64,000 nt of DNA from Ignavibacteriota bacterium. Its GTDB lineage: Bacteria; Bacteroidota; Ignavibacteria; Palsa-1295. The stretch lies in the NCBI GenBank assembly GCA_963787835.1, contig CAWBEI010000002.1, positions 1,664,001 to 1,728,000 on the forward strand, written 5' to 3'. Below the pieces are notes generated by a model. That model was not told the origin of the DNA and did no database searches. It saw only the letters and a program-made list of their open reading frames with translations. This document shows positions 18,932 to 29,086 of the stretch, piece by piece (within the stretch, counting starts at the first letter, position 1; each line of letters opens with the position of its first letter). The position numbers and the translations under genes are program-made.

Positions 18932-19732
18932 ATGCCAGATCAGTTATATCTTGTCAATGCGTTCTCATCTAAGCCCTTCGAAGGGAATGTGACCGGAGTT
19001 TTTGTGCTGGAAAAGCCTCGCGAGATGGAGTGGATGGTTAAAATCTCCCGTTGCCTGAATCTGGTGGAAGCAGGGTTTCTCGTAGCAAAAAGCCCGAGCC
19101 GTTTCGATATGCGATGTATTGCGGGGTCTATCGAAGTTGATCTTGGCACCTCTTCTGCCCTTGCTTCAGCTCATGTGCTTTTCAGTCACCGGTTTGCCGA
19201 TTCACGGAGATCCATAGCACTTTCTGCCCATGCGGGCCCGATTTCTTCGATCATGGGCGGAACGCAGATCGAGGTGAATTTTCCAGCTCTATCCATTCAA
19301 GAGATCGAGCCTCCCGAGCAAATTTTGCAGGCCATCGATCCGGCACCTCAATTCGTTGGGAGACGAGGGGATAATTATATCATACAAGTTAGCTCGGAAT
19401 CGAAGCTTAAGAAAGTGCAACCGGATTTCAAATTGGTCGATACACTCGGAATTCATGGACTAATTATTACTTCTAAAGCGGCTGCTGGACGTGATTATGA
19501 CTTTGCGTTGCGAGCGATGCAACTTCAGCCTCGCTATGGTCTGGATGCTCCAGTTGCCAGTTGGGCCTATGCTGCGCTCGGACCATTCTGGATCGGGCGG
19601 CTTGGAAAAACAAGGTTAAGAGGATTCCGGCATGCTTCGAGATCGATACCTGTCAAATTAGAGGTCGATGGGGACAGGGTGAAAATGTTCGGTGAAGCGA
19701 TCACGATCTTTCACGGAGAATTGAGCATCTAA
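18932..19732 (+). CDS. PhzF / diaminopimelate-epimerase-like isomerase (divergent)
   Basis: VNAFSSKPFEGN, EVDL..SALASAHVL, YDF, LGPFW; GEAITIFHGEL C-terminus. Confidence 0.75.
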   Translation: MPDQLYLVNAFSSKPFEGNVTGVFVLEKPREMEWMVKISRCLNLVEAGFLVAKSPSRFDMRCIAGSIEVDLGTSSALASAHVLFSHRFADSRRSIALSAHAGPISSIMGGTQIEVNFPALSIQEIEPPEQILQAIDPAPQFVGRRGDNYIIQVSSESKLKKVQPDFKLVDTLGIHGLIITSKAAAGRDYDFALRAMQLQPRYGLDAPVASWAYAALGPFWIGRLGKTRLRGFRHASRSIPVKLEVDGDRVKMFGEAITIFHGELSI

Positions 19733-19734
19733 TT

Positions 19735-20616
19735 CTACCGTGAAAGGAAAGCGAGATGTCCTTTTCCCTCGAAAAAAATCTTTGCTTTTTCTGCGACATC
19801 CGGATCCTCAAATAATCCGTAAATTGACGATCCTGAACCGCTCATGAGTGCAAAGCTCGCCCCATGGGAATAAAGGGAATGTTTAATTTCTGCGAGCTGA
19901 GGAAATCGTCGAAAGATCTCCGGTTCAAAATCATTACGAAGCTGATCTTTCCACCGATGAAATAATGGCGGATGAGCAAAGAATTTTTGATAGTCAAGAC
20001 TGACGGTACTCTCGCTGGGAGTAACCGAGGCATATGCCTCACGAGTGGATATCTGAATGTTGGGATCGAATATAACAAGTATGGATGCGTGGAGACCTAC
20101 ATCCAACGGTACCAGTTTCTCCCCAATGCCGCTGGCCTGGGCAGCGGCTGCTCCCGTAAAAAAGAACGGAACATCTGCACCAAGACGAGCCGCCAGCGTC
20201 AAAAGGGTTCCATTATCTAATGCGGAAGAGAGATTCGTGCTGTTAGCGGTATCGTTTGAAGAAGCATGCCAATCTCTAAGGATCTGCAGCATTGTCGCTG
20301 CATCGCTGGAACCGCCTCCGAGGCCTGCCCCAATAGGAATGTTTTTTTCGAGATGGACGTGGAGCTCGGGCAGCGGTTCCTTTGTTAGCGAGGCAAATGC
20401 TTCTGCGGCGCGAAACATAAGATTCCTATGGTTGGTGGGAAGGGACGGTTCGGAACACGTTAGCTGAAAAAAGCCGGAGTGTGTGACGGTGATCACATCA
20501 TGCGGTTCCGCAATGCGGCAAAAAAGAGTATTGATCTCGTGATAGCCATCGGGACGTTTATACAGGACTTCCAGGCCGAGGTTGATCTTTGCAGGGGCAA
20601 CGTAGGTTTCGAGCAC
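19735..20616 (-). CDS. ispE: 4-diphosphocytidyl-2-C-methyl-D-erythritol kinase
   Basis: APAKINLGL, DGYHEI, KNIPIGAGLGGGSSDAA, LGADVPFF, MSGSGS. Confidence 0.95.
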   Translation of the reverse strand: MLETYVAPAKINLGLEVLYKRPDGYHEINTLFCRIAEPHDVITVTHSGFFQLTCSEPSLPTNHRNLMFRAAEAFASLTKEPLPELHVHLEKNIPIGAGLGGGSSDAATMLQILRDWHASSNDTANSTNLSSALDNGTLLTLAARLGADVPFFFTGAAAAQASGIGEKLVPLDVGLHASILVIFDPNIQISTREAYASVTPSESTVSLDYQKFFAHPPLFHRWKDQLRNDFEPEIFRRFPQLAEIKHSLYSHGASFALMSGSGSSIYGLFEDPDVAEKAKIFFEGKGHLAFLSR

Positions 20617-20635
20617 GATCTGTTCTATCTATCCT

Positions 20636-21724
20636 TCATTCGATGATCCCTCCTCCAACAAGATCATTACCTTCGTACAAGGCAACGGACTGTCCCGGAG
20701 TTATTGCGCGTCGCGTTTCATCGAATCGGACGTGAATGCGGTTTCCCGGAAGCGGCGTGACGAATGCCTCTGCACCCTCGTCCTTATATCTTATTTTCGC
20801 TCGTACGTGAAGGCCAACCTTCGGCAGGGCATCATATTTAATAAGGTTCACGCTGTTGGCCGTGAGTTCCGAAGCCAGAAGATCATCATCGTCGCCAAGT
20901 AAGACTTGGTTGTTAACAACATCCAGCCCGGTGACATACAGCGGAGCAGGGTGGGATGGAATGCTAAGTCCCAACCCTTTACGCTGGCCGATCGTATAGA
21001 ATGGAACTCCATCATGATGGCCTACGCTCTCGCCGGCAAGGACGAAATCCCCGATGCGCGCGAATTCGCCGATGTTATCTACCGTTTCGCGGAGGAACCG
21101 GCGGTAATCGTTGTCGGTGACGAAGCAAATTTCGTAGCTTTCGTGCTTATGCTCGAGACCCAGCCCAAATGTCTGCGCCATTTGGCGTACTTCTAGCTTG
21201 GTGTAATGCTGGAGCGGAAACATTGTGCGCTTGAGGTGTTCCTGCCGCACAGACCAAAGAGCATAGGTCTGGTCCTTGTCGGAATCCGCAGCGCGAGATA
21301 GAACCATACGTCCATCTTGATCGCGAAGCTTTGCGTAATGTCCTGTAGCGATGAACTCACACCCCAAGGCATCGGCCTTGCGGAGCATCGCGGCCCATTT
21401 TATTTCGCGGTTGCATCGCACACAGGGATTTGGTGTCTGTCCTGCTAAGTAGGTATCGGTAAAGTACCCAATCACTTCCCGGCCGAATTCCTCTGTCATA
21501 TCCGTGACGTAATGAGGAAATCCGAGCTTCGCAGCGACCCGTCGGGCATCGTTAATGCCGTCCAGCGAGCAGCAGGAGGTATCATGAGCCTTATTCCCAC
21601 CGACATCCTCATACTTATAGGTCTTGATGGTCATCCCGATCACGTCGTGCCCTTCCTCAACGAGCAGCGCCGCTGCTACGGAGGAATCAAGCCCGCCGGA
21701 CATACCTAATAAGACCTTTGCCAT
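20636..21724 (-). CDS. mnmA: tRNA 2-thiouridine(34) synthase
   Basis: MSGGLDS, TPNPCVRCN, IATGHYA, KDQTY, YTIGQRKGL, AITPGQ. Confidence 0.96.
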   Translation of the reverse strand: MAKVLLGMSGGLDSSVAAALLVEEGHDVIGMTIKTYKYEDVGGNKAHDTSCCSLDGINDARRVAAKLGFPHYVTDMTEEFGREVIGYFTDTYLAGQTPNPCVRCNREIKWAAMLRKADALGCEFIATGHYAKLRDQDGRMVLSRAADSDKDQTYALWSVRQEHLKRTMFPLQHYTKLEVRQMAQTFGLGLEHKHESYEICFVTDNDYRRFLRETVDNIGEFARIGDFVLAGESVGHHDGVPFYTIGQRKGLGLSIPSHPAPLYVTGLDVVNNQVLLGDDDDLLASELTANSVNLIKYDALPKVGLHVRAKIRYKDEGAEAFVTPLPGNRIHVRFDETRRAITPGQSVALYEGNDLVGGGIIE

Positions 21725-21826
21725 ATGGTCGGCACAACAGGGAGGCGGATGAAGGGGTTCAAAATGCCTGAGCGGGAACAGATCTGAAGAAATCCATCTT
21801 AATTATAAAAGAAATTCTCAGGAGTA

Positions 21827-23341
21827 GTGTGTATGCGCATTGTTTTTACCACGTTAATCGTAGTTCTTGCTGCACCTTTGGGGTATGCTCAGTCAATCGG
21901 ACTTGTTCCAAGCAATCTTGTTGTGCCCACGCAATTCCAACGTTTTTACGATACGGTTCACACCGTTAACTTGCCGCCGGGATTTACGGCTACCGTATTT
22001 TACACTGGCACATTAAATGCTCCTCGATTTATGGACTTTTCGCCAGCGGGCTCGTTGTGCGTTGCTGACGAAGGGCTTAACGCGGTGATCGCCCTTATCG
22101 ATAGCGACTTAGATGGGGTTGTGGACACTGCCATCACGGTCGCAACCGGCACTGACAATGCACATAGTATCGCATTTCATGATGGAGGTTTGTTCGCAGC
22201 GAGTCCAAACCATGTCTGGCGATACGGTAACCCTCTATCCTCGGGTGTCTATACAACCAGTCAATTATTTATTGATACAATAGATTCCGCTCCGCAAGGT
22301 GCGGATAATCATACTTCCCGGACGCTCCTCTTTGATGATCCCAGCAACTCGTTGTATGTCAGTGTTGGTTCGCCGTGCGACGCCTGTCGTGAGACCGATA
22401 CTACGCGTGGCGCAATTTGGCGATTCAACATGGATGGCACTGGCCGCCAGACCTTTGCAACGGGGCTACGAAATGCAGTAGGGCTTACAATGGATAGTTC
22501 TCATACGCTATGGGCAACCGTTGCAGAGCGCAACAACCAGGGAGAATATGTGCCAGGAGACCTCGTTACGGCTGTCGATAGTGGTAGATGGTATGGGTGG
22601 CCTTTGGCCTTTGGCGATCATCAATGGGATAATTTTTCGATCGATTCAGAATATAGCGCGATGCTGCCTATTACGCACGCCGATACAGCCCAGGTTCAGA
22701 ACATGCGTGTTCCTGATGCAACCGTAGATGCCCATTCTACGCCATTAGGAATAGTGTACTACGATGATACTACTCTGCCGCCTCTTTATGATAAATCATT
22801 TTTTGTTGCAGTACATGGATCTTCCCCCGGCCCGGACGGACGAATTGTTGCGAATGGCTCAAAGATCGTGCTTGTCACAAAAATGAATGGAGTGTGGAAT
22901 GCCACCGATTTTTGTACAGGGTTCCTTACCGATTCAATTAATTACATCCGTTGGGCCAGGCCGCGCGGCATCATTATGGATCATAAAGGAAATATTTATT
23001 TTTCGTCTGATTATTCGACTACGCACGCTCCTGCTGCAATATTTCGAATCAGTTATGACGTCAAGAACGCCGTGAAATCTGCTACCAATGATTCCCTATC
23101 TGTTGATGTTTCGCAAAATGGAGACTATATAGAGCTTCGGATCGAAAACGCTTCGGGTTTAAATCCCTTCTTCTTCCTTTACGATGATCTTGGACGCAAA
23201 CAACCGATAAACCTTACCCCTGTAGAAGCATCACCATCAGAGCGAAGCTATCAGGTCGATATTGGTTCCTTAAAACGAGGCATCTATTTTCTTGTCATAG
23301 AAACTGCTCAGGGAGAGGTTGTTCGAAAACTGTTGCATTAA
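21827..23341 (+). CDS. PQQ-dependent sugar/sorbosone dehydrogenase-like protein with T9SS-type C-terminal domain
   Basis: LYVSVGSPC, GLRNAVG, YGWP, AHSTPLG, RPRGI; C-terminus YDDLGR...L..GIYFL. Confidence 0.8.
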   Translation: MCMRIVFTTLIVVLAAPLGYAQSIGLVPSNLVVPTQFQRFYDTVHTVNLPPGFTATVFYTGTLNAPRFMDFSPAGSLCVADEGLNAVIALIDSDLDGVVDTAITVATGTDNAHSIAFHDGGLFAASPNHVWRYGNPLSSGVYTTSQLFIDTIDSAPQGADNHTSRTLLFDDPSNSLYVSVGSPCDACRETDTTRGAIWRFNMDGTGRQTFATGLRNAVGLTMDSSHTLWATVAERNNQGEYVPGDLVTAVDSGRWYGWPLAFGDHQWDNFSIDSEYSAMLPITHADTAQVQNMRVPDATVDAHSTPLGIVYYDDTTLPPLYDKSFFVAVHGSSPGPDGRIVANGSKIVLVTKMNGVWNATDFCTGFLTDSINYIRWARPRGIIMDHKGNIYFSSDYSTTHAPAAIFRISYDVKNAVKSATNDSLSVDVSQNGDYIELRIENASGLNPFFFLYDDLGRKQPINLTPVEASPSERSYQVDIGSLKRGIYFLVIETAQGEVVRKLLH

Positions 23342-23357
23342 ATCAAGGAGCAGAGTG

Positions 23358-23441
23358 TGCCCGAGACCGGACTCGAACCGGTACGTCCTTGCGAACGGCA
23401 GATTTTGAGTCTGCTGCGGCTACCAATTACGCCACTCGGGC
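23358..23441 (-). tRNA. tRNA-Leu(CAA)
   Basis: GCCCGAGTGGCGTAATTGGTAGCCGCAGCAGA-CTCAAAA-TCTGC, long variable arm, GGTTCGAGTCC T-arm. Confidence 0.95.
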
Positions 23442-23447
23442 TTTTGC

Positions 23448-23532
23448 AGTACCGAGTGATGCGTAACGAGTACCGAGTGGGGAAGAAACCTATTCTTCTC
23501 TACTCGGTACTCGTTACGCATCACTCGGTACT
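23448..23532. repeat. Long near-perfect hairpin between greA and tRNA-Leu
   Basis: 31-bp perfect arms AGTACCGAGTGATGCGTAACGAGTACCGAGT plus inner GGGAAGAA/TTCTTCTC pairing. Confidence 0.8.
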
Positions 23533-24008
23533 CATTTACCGATCGATACCACCTTCAGTTCCAACAATCCAGCCGGAACTTTAACATGTACTTCTTCACC
23601 AACTTTTTTATTCATCAGCGCACGGCCAATGGGTGAAGAGACCGAGATCTTCCCACCTTCGAAATCTGCTTCTTCAGCAGAAACCAGCTGATACACGCTA
23701 TCTTTATTTGTTCTGTTATTTTTGACCGTCACGCGGGTCATGATGCCAACCTTATCCGTTTGGATATTCGTCTCGTCGATAACGGCAGAGCGCGCCAGCA
23801 CATCCTCCATTTTGCGGATGCGAAGTTCCAGAAGGCCCTGTTCCTCGCGAGCGGCATCGTATTCGGCGTTCTCCGAAAGGTCGCCCTGCGCGCGTGCCTC
23901 GGCGATGCGCGCCGCAATATCCCGGCGACCATGAAACCGAAGGTTCTTGACTTCCTCTTCTAATTCCGTCAGACGCTGCCGCGTCATGTATATCTTTTCC
24001 TGATCCAT
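23532..24008 (-). CDS. greA: Transcription elongation factor GreA
   Basis: GDLSENAEYDAA, ISVSSPIGRAL, VPAG. Confidence 0.95.
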   Translation of the reverse strand: MDQEKIYMTRQRLTELEEEVKNLRFHGRRDIAARIAEARAQGDLSENAEYDAAREEQGLLELRIRKMEDVLARSAVIDETNIQTDKVGIMTRVTVKNNRTNKDSVYQLVSAEEADFEGGKISVSSPIGRALMNKKVGEEVHVKVPAGLLELKVVSIGK

Positions 24009-24474
24009 TTTGTGTCGCATGGTCTCGGGCGACCCCGCCCGACTTACCACATCCCCTCAAATAAAAGGAGAAGGCATCCCGAATCGCTTGGATGGGATAC
24101 CTTCTCGGTAGAATATTCTCTGATTGTTTCCTTCAAAGCGCATTTTTGCCTTAATCTGTTCCCCGAAGATTTTTGATCGCACTTATTGCAGAATTTCCAG
24201 ATCAAAATAAGTAATTGGCTATGGGAAAAGAGGCGAATTCAACAATTCAAATTGTCATGATTTTTTTTCTGTTGTTTTCAACATTATCATTCGGTAACCT
24301 GAAATCATTATGTTTGTGGTCGTGCTTGTTTTTGTATAACATTTTCACGGCAAGTTTTCGTATTTCATATAACTTCATTTCGGACATTTCGTATTTCGGC
24401 TTTCGCCGCGAGAAATCTTTTTTCAATCAATGAAACTTTCGCTCGATTCCCGCCACTTAAGCTAAACGGTTGTC

Positions 24475-25242
24475 ATGTCCGAAGTTTTTGATTCTCATTT
24501 TTCAAGTTCGATGCAACAGAAGATTGAACTTTCCGTCATTATTCCCTCGCTGAACGAAGCGAGGAATATTGCCAAGGTTGTCAGCCAGTTTCATGCGCTC
24601 GATGGCGTATGCGCTTACGAGGTCATCATCGGAGATGGTGGCAGCACCGACGCTACCTGCGAGATCGCTGAATCTCTCGGTGCTCGGGTCGTGCACGATA
24701 CCCACGAGCCGAAGACCGTTGCGAGCGGCCGTAACGCCGGCGCCGCCATAGCCCGAGGAAGCATCTATATGTTCTGCGATGCCGATACCGCGCTTTCCGA
24801 TGTCAAAGGCATTTTGCGTGCTTCCCGCCAGATCTTCCAGGACCCGAACGTCGTCGCAGCGATACCGCGCATGGAAGTATTTCCAGAAGAGAAACTCTTG
24901 AAGGACGAACTCTTCCATTCGGTCTTCAACAGTCTGATCAGGATGAGCTTCCTCGTCAACATGCCGCTCTCCCGTGGCCAGTGCCAGATCATCCGCGCCG
25001 ACGCCTTCCGGAAAGTCGGTGGATACAATTCCGATCAGGTGCATGCCGACGATAACACCATCTTCCAGGATCTTTCGAAGATCGGGAAGCTCCGGTTCCT
25101 GAACGATTTCATTGTTTATGAATCGCCCCGGCGCTATCGCAAATATGGGTACATGAAGCTTTCCATGATCGGAGTTGGAAGCATACTCGCCCAGTCCATC
25201 TTAAAGCGCAATGTGCTCGAAAAGTGGGAGCGGGTGGATTGA
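24475..25242 (+). CDS. Glycosyltransferase family 2
   Basis: SVIIPSLNEA, DGGSTDAT, GRNAGA, FCDAD. Confidence 0.9.
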   Translation: MSEVFDSHFSSSMQQKIELSVIIPSLNEARNIAKVVSQFHALDGVCAYEVIIGDGGSTDATCEIAESLGARVVHDTHEPKTVASGRNAGAAIARGSIYMFCDADTALSDVKGILRASRQIFQDPNVVAAIPRMEVFPEEKLLKDELFHSVFNSLIRMSFLVNMPLSRGQCQIIRADAFRKVGGYNSDQVHADDNTIFQDLSKIGKLRFLNDFIVYESPRRYRKYGYMKLSMIGVGSILAQSILKRNVLEKWERVD

Positions 25243-25264
25243 CAGGACTGCATTAGTTCACATT

Positions 25265-25828
25265 GTGACGGAACAGCAAAAGAACCTGACGATCATTTTC
25301 AGCATTCTCGCGATCCTCATTGGGGTTGTGCTGGCGGTCGTTGCGGAATTAACCAAACATCCTTCGGTTACGCCGACAGGTTATGCTGATACAGGAATGG
25401 AGTCGTACACCCCACCAGCGCCTGCCCAGCCGATGATGCCAGCTCGTCCACAGCATTTCGTAATGACAAAAGCCATGGATTCCGCGCTTGCGGCTTACGG
25501 GCCGCAATGGGAACGGATAAGAAAGACGCCGAGGGCAGGACTTGGTCTTAGCTACACATGGACCGCGCGGGTACTCTCGGTTGTTGGAGAGCGCGTGCTT
25601 TTAGGCTGGCCCGGTCACCTGATTGCATACGATATGGAAGTTGAAGTTCCACCTCCAGCGGGGATGTCCGCCGAAGAATTGCTCCAGTATAACGGAATGG
25701 TTTCTCGCGGACTTCCCGATGTCTATAAAGATGACATCGTGTCCTTCACCGGATCGTTCGATAAAGTTACCTCGGATGGCTCGCTCGAATTCGATCCTAA
25801 AACTCTCATCAATTATGGACATCCGTAG
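25265..25828 (+). CDS. Hypothetical membrane-anchored protein (possible OB-fold C-terminus)
   Basis: One N-terminal TM, a Pro-rich linker, and a C-terminal D.VSFTG strand pattern. Confidence 0.55.
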   Translation: MTEQQKNLTIIFSILAILIGVVLAVVAELTKHPSVTPTGYADTGMESYTPPAPAQPMMPARPQHFVMTKAMDSALAAYGPQWERIRKTPRAGLGLSYTWTARVLSVVGERVLLGWPGHLIAYDMEVEVPPPAGMSAEELLQYNGMVSRGLPDVYKDDIVSFTGSFDKVTSDGSLEFDPKTLINYGHP

Positions 25829-25961
25829 CAAGAAAGTGAATCCACTCAGCATTCTCAATATCATGCCAAATCCTTTAGAAATCCAATAGCTCTAAGCCTG
25901 CAAACCCTCTCCCCCAAACCCCTGTTATGCGTGCTCTTAAAACGAAGGGGCATTCCATACC

Positions 25962-26819
25962 GTGGGCTTTTATCCTCAATCGAATCGTTGGCAGTGCGGG
26001 CCGTTTGCGCTTAAGCACGCGCTGGCTATTGTGGGCCGGTTCGTGGATGAGGAGTCGCTAACGAAGGCTGCGCGTACCACCAAAGAGGGTACGGACGAGA
26101 AAATGCTTCGCCGCGCCGCCGAGCGCTTCGATTGCCGCCTGTTGGAAGTCCGCCGTATTACGGAGGCCTCCGCGTTCAATGCGCTTACTACGGCGCTCTC
26201 GCTCGGACGCGCCTGCATGATCTGCATCAATCAGTGGGGGCATTGGGTCACCATCGTCGGCTTCGATGCGAAAAGCGAGCGTTTCGTCGTGATCGATAGC
26301 GAAAAGAACCCCGTCGTTCGTATTCCGGCCTGGAGCGAGCTAAAGCGCCGGTGGGTCTATAACGAGTACGATCGCGATGGCAAATTAAAACAATATTACG
26401 ACTTGTACGTCTTGCGTCCGAGGTTTCGGGTGCAATCGAAAGCGAATTTTTCGATCCAGCGCGCTCAATTTCTGCGCCGTGCCGGAAATGTGCAGTTCAT
26501 TAAGCATTTCGATGAATATGTAAGCGATCTGCTGAACATCGCGCGGCCCTCGCCAGCCAGGGATGGCAGCGCGGTGATCTCGATGGCGGAATTCTTGCGG
26601 CGTCATCGAAAGATGCTGCTGGAAACCGTCCGCTACTGGCACGAGCAGACGACCGAAGCGCAGCTTCGCCGCGTGCTCGCAAATATGCAGTTCGTAGCTG
26701 AAACGTATGGCCTCGTAATCCGTCAAGAGGACGAAAAGCGGACCATCGCCAGCTTCGCCGCGTTGCTTATGACATGGGCAACGACGCATGAGCCATTGGA
26801 GGAAGCACTGTATGGATAA
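25962..26819 (+). CDS. C39-like (papain-fold) cysteine peptidase domain protein
   Basis: Q-x5-CGP (QSNRWQCGP), GHWVTIVG, VVIDS give a Q/C/H/D catalytic pattern. Confidence 0.65.
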   Translation: MGFYPQSNRWQCGPFALKHALAIVGRFVDEESLTKAARTTKEGTDEKMLRRAAERFDCRLLEVRRITEASAFNALTTALSLGRACMICINQWGHWVTIVGFDAKSERFVVIDSEKNPVVRIPAWSELKRRWVYNEYDRDGKLKQYYDLYVLRPRFRVQSKANFSIQRAQFLRRAGNVQFIKHFDEYVSDLLNIARPSPARDGSAVISMAEFLRRHRKMLLETVRYWHEQTTEAQLRRVLANMQFVAETYGLVIRQEDEKRTIASFAALLMTWATTHEPLEEALYG

Positions 26820-26886
26820 GGGAACCTGAACCTGGATTACGCGGATTTAAGCGGATTACGCGGACGATTTTAAGGATTACGTTCAC

Positions 26887-27012
26887 GTCATTGCGAGAAA
26901 GAATCACGGAGCGAAGCGGAGTGATTCTTGCGAAGCAATCTCACTCTTGAAGTCAAGAGATTGCTTCGTCGAATCGAACTCCCTCCGGTCGTTCAATTCT
27001 CCTCGCAATGAC
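26887..27012. repeat. Palindromic intergenic element (GTCATTGCGAG...GAAGCAATCT/AGATTGCTTC...CTCGCAATGAC)
   Basis: Terminal inverted repeats and nested hairpins visible in the sequence. Confidence 0.75.
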
Positions 27013-27035
27013 ATTAGTAGAAATAAATATTGGGA

Positions 27036-27569
27036 ATGAAAATAAGAAGTACAACAGTCCTCGGTATCGTAAAAGATGGCAAAGCGGCGCTTGGCTCCGA
27101 TGGTCAGGTGACGAACGGCGCGACCGTGATGAAATCGAACGCGAAAAAACTTCGCGTGCTCTATAACGGTCAGGTCATCGCCGGATTTGCCGGCTCGACG
27201 AGCGACGCGCTTTCGCTCTACGACCGCTTCAACAGCAAGCTCGAAGAATATCGCGGCAATGTTGCGCGCGCCGTCGTGGAACTCGGCAAAGACTGGCGGA
27301 ACGATAAATATTTACGCCGACTGGAAGCCATGCTTGCCGTCGTAAGCAAAGAAGGCGCATTCTTGCTCTCGGGAACCGGAGATGTGATCGAGCCGGAGAA
27401 CGGTATCGTAGCCATTGGCTCCGGCGGACCCTATGCGCTTGCCGCAGCACGAGCATTTATGAAATCCGATCCGAAGATGCCGGTTAAGGAGATCGTCGAG
27501 CAATCGCTCAAGATCGCCGGCGAAATTTGCATTTATACGAACACACATATTACGATAGAAAGTATTTAG
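27036..27569 (+). CDS. hslV: ATP-dependent protease subunit HslV
   Basis: STTVL, DGQVT, AGFAGS, WRNDKYLRRLEA, AIGSGG, ICIYTN. Confidence 0.97.
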   Translation: MKIRSTTVLGIVKDGKAALGSDGQVTNGATVMKSNAKKLRVLYNGQVIAGFAGSTSDALSLYDRFNSKLEEYRGNVARAVVELGKDWRNDKYLRRLEAMLAVVSKEGAFLLSGTGDVIEPENGIVAIGSGGPYALAAARAFMKSDPKMPVKEIVEQSLKIAGEICIYTNTHITIESI

Positions 27570-29069
27570 TTGGAAGAAATTACGAAGGTAGAAGGCGCCC
27601 AGCAATCTGGCGAAGTAGAAGTAGAATCGAAGTTTCAGCTTACGCCGCATCAGATCGTTGCGGAGCTTGATAAATATATTATCGGCCAATCGAATGCGAA
27701 GCGTTCGGTAGCGATCGCGCTGCGTAATCGCTGGCGCCGTCAGCAGGTTCCCGAAGTCCTGCGCGAGGAGATCATGCCGAACAACATCATCCTTATCGGT
27801 CCGACAGGAGTGGGCAAAACGGAAATTGCACGAAGATTGGCGCGGCTTGCCGGAGCACCGTTCCTGAAAGTCGAAGCTACGAAATACACCGAAGTAGGCT
27901 ACGTTGGCCGCGATGTGGAATCCATGATCCGTGACCTCACCGAGCTTGCGATCACGATGGTGAAATCCGAGCAGATGGAAGCTGCGGAACCCAAAGCGAA
28001 AGCCAATGCCGAAGAGCGCATTCTCGATATACTCGTGCCGCCAATGGTGCAGGCACCGATGAAGCCTCCGCCGATGATGTTTCCAGGAGTTCCCGTAAGC
28101 TCGACCATTTCGGGAATGCCGCAAACTCAGCCGCGCACACCAACGGACGCGAAAGAACAAGCAGAAGTGAACGAATATACTCGCAACCGTTTCCGCGAAA
28201 AACTTCGCGCAGGAGAGATGGAGGAGAAAGAGATCGAGATCGACATTCAGCAAGCGCCACCCATTGCCTCGATGCAGATCATGGGGCCGCTCGGTGGTGC
28301 GGGGATGGATGAGATCGGCCAGAACATCCAGGATATTCTGGGCGGAATGATGCCCAAAAAGAATAAACGTCGCAAGGTTTCTATTTCCGAAGCACGTGCT
28401 GCGTTCGAGCAGGAAGAAGCCGCAAAGCTTGTCGATATGGATAACGTGGTCCGAGACGCCATCGAGCGCGTCGAGAGCACGGGAATTATCTTTCTCGATG
28501 AGATCGATAAAGTCGCTGGTGGCAAGCGCGAAGGCGGCGGACCGGATGTATCGCGCGAAGGCGTACAGCGCGATCTGTTGCCCATCGTCGAGGGATCGAA
28601 TGTCAGCACGCGCTACGGCATTGTAAAGACGGATCACATCCTTTTCATTGCGTCCGGCGCGTTTCACGTCACGAAACCGAGCGATCTTATTCCCGAATTG
28701 CAAGGCAGGTTCCCAATTCGCGTGGAGCTCGATAGCCTTACGCAGGAGGATTTCGTGAAGATACTTACCATCCCCGAAAACGCACTGCTCAAGCAATATG
28801 CAGCGCTGCTCGCGACCGAAGGGCTCGAAGTTGAATTCACCGATGACGCCATTGCCGCGCTCGCGCGCATTGCATTCGAAGTGAATGAAGCGATAGAAAA
28901 TATCGGTGCGCGCAGACTGCACACCATTCTAACCACGCTGCTCGAGCAAGTGCTCTTCGATGTCCCCGACATCGTGAAAGAGAAGCACCTGCAGGTTACT
29001 GCCAAATTCGTCGAAGACCGCCTCGATAAAGTAGTGCGGAACCGGGATTTGAGTCAGTATATTCTTTAA
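27570..29069 (+). CDS. hslU: ATP-dependent protease ATPase subunit HslU
   Basis: [53 protein letters not shown] start abuts the hslV stop. Confidence 0.97.
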   Translation: MEEITKVEGAQQSGEVEVESKFQLTPHQIVAELDKYIIGQSNAKRSVAIALRNRWRRQQVPEVLREEIMPNNIILIGPTGVGKTEIARRLARLAGAPFLKVEATKYTEVGYVGRDVESMIRDLTELAITMVKSEQMEAAEPKAKANAEERILDILVPPMVQAPMKPPPMMFPGVPVSSTISGMPQTQPRTPTDAKEQAEVNEYTRNRFREKLRAGEMEEKEIEIDIQQAPPIASMQIMGPLGGAGMDEIGQNIQDILGGMMPKKNKRRKVSISEARAAFEQEEAAKLVDMDNVVRDAIERVESTGIIFLDEIDKVAGGKREGGGPDVSREGVQRDLLPIVEGSNVSTRYGIVKTDHILFIASGAFHVTKPSDLIPELQGRFPIRVELDSLTQEDFVKILTIPENALLKQYAALLATEGLEVEFTDDAIAALARIAFEVNEAIENIGARRLHTILTTLLEQVLFDVPDIVKEKHLQVTAKFVEDRLDKVVRNRDLSQYIL

Positions 29070-29086
29070 GAGCGAAAGGATTAACC

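Noticed and set aside
18692-23441. Integrated element at tRNA-Glu or tRNA-Leu
   Set aside because: No integrase and no duplicated tRNA 3' end seen in the window.
23357-23584. 75-aa ORF MPETGLEPVR...
   Set aside because: Antisense translation of tRNA-Leu.
27312-28922. 536-aa antisense ORF over hslVU (likewise 40210-41535, 43477-44502, 47105-48079)
   Set aside because: Antisense shadows of well-conserved genes caused by codon bias.
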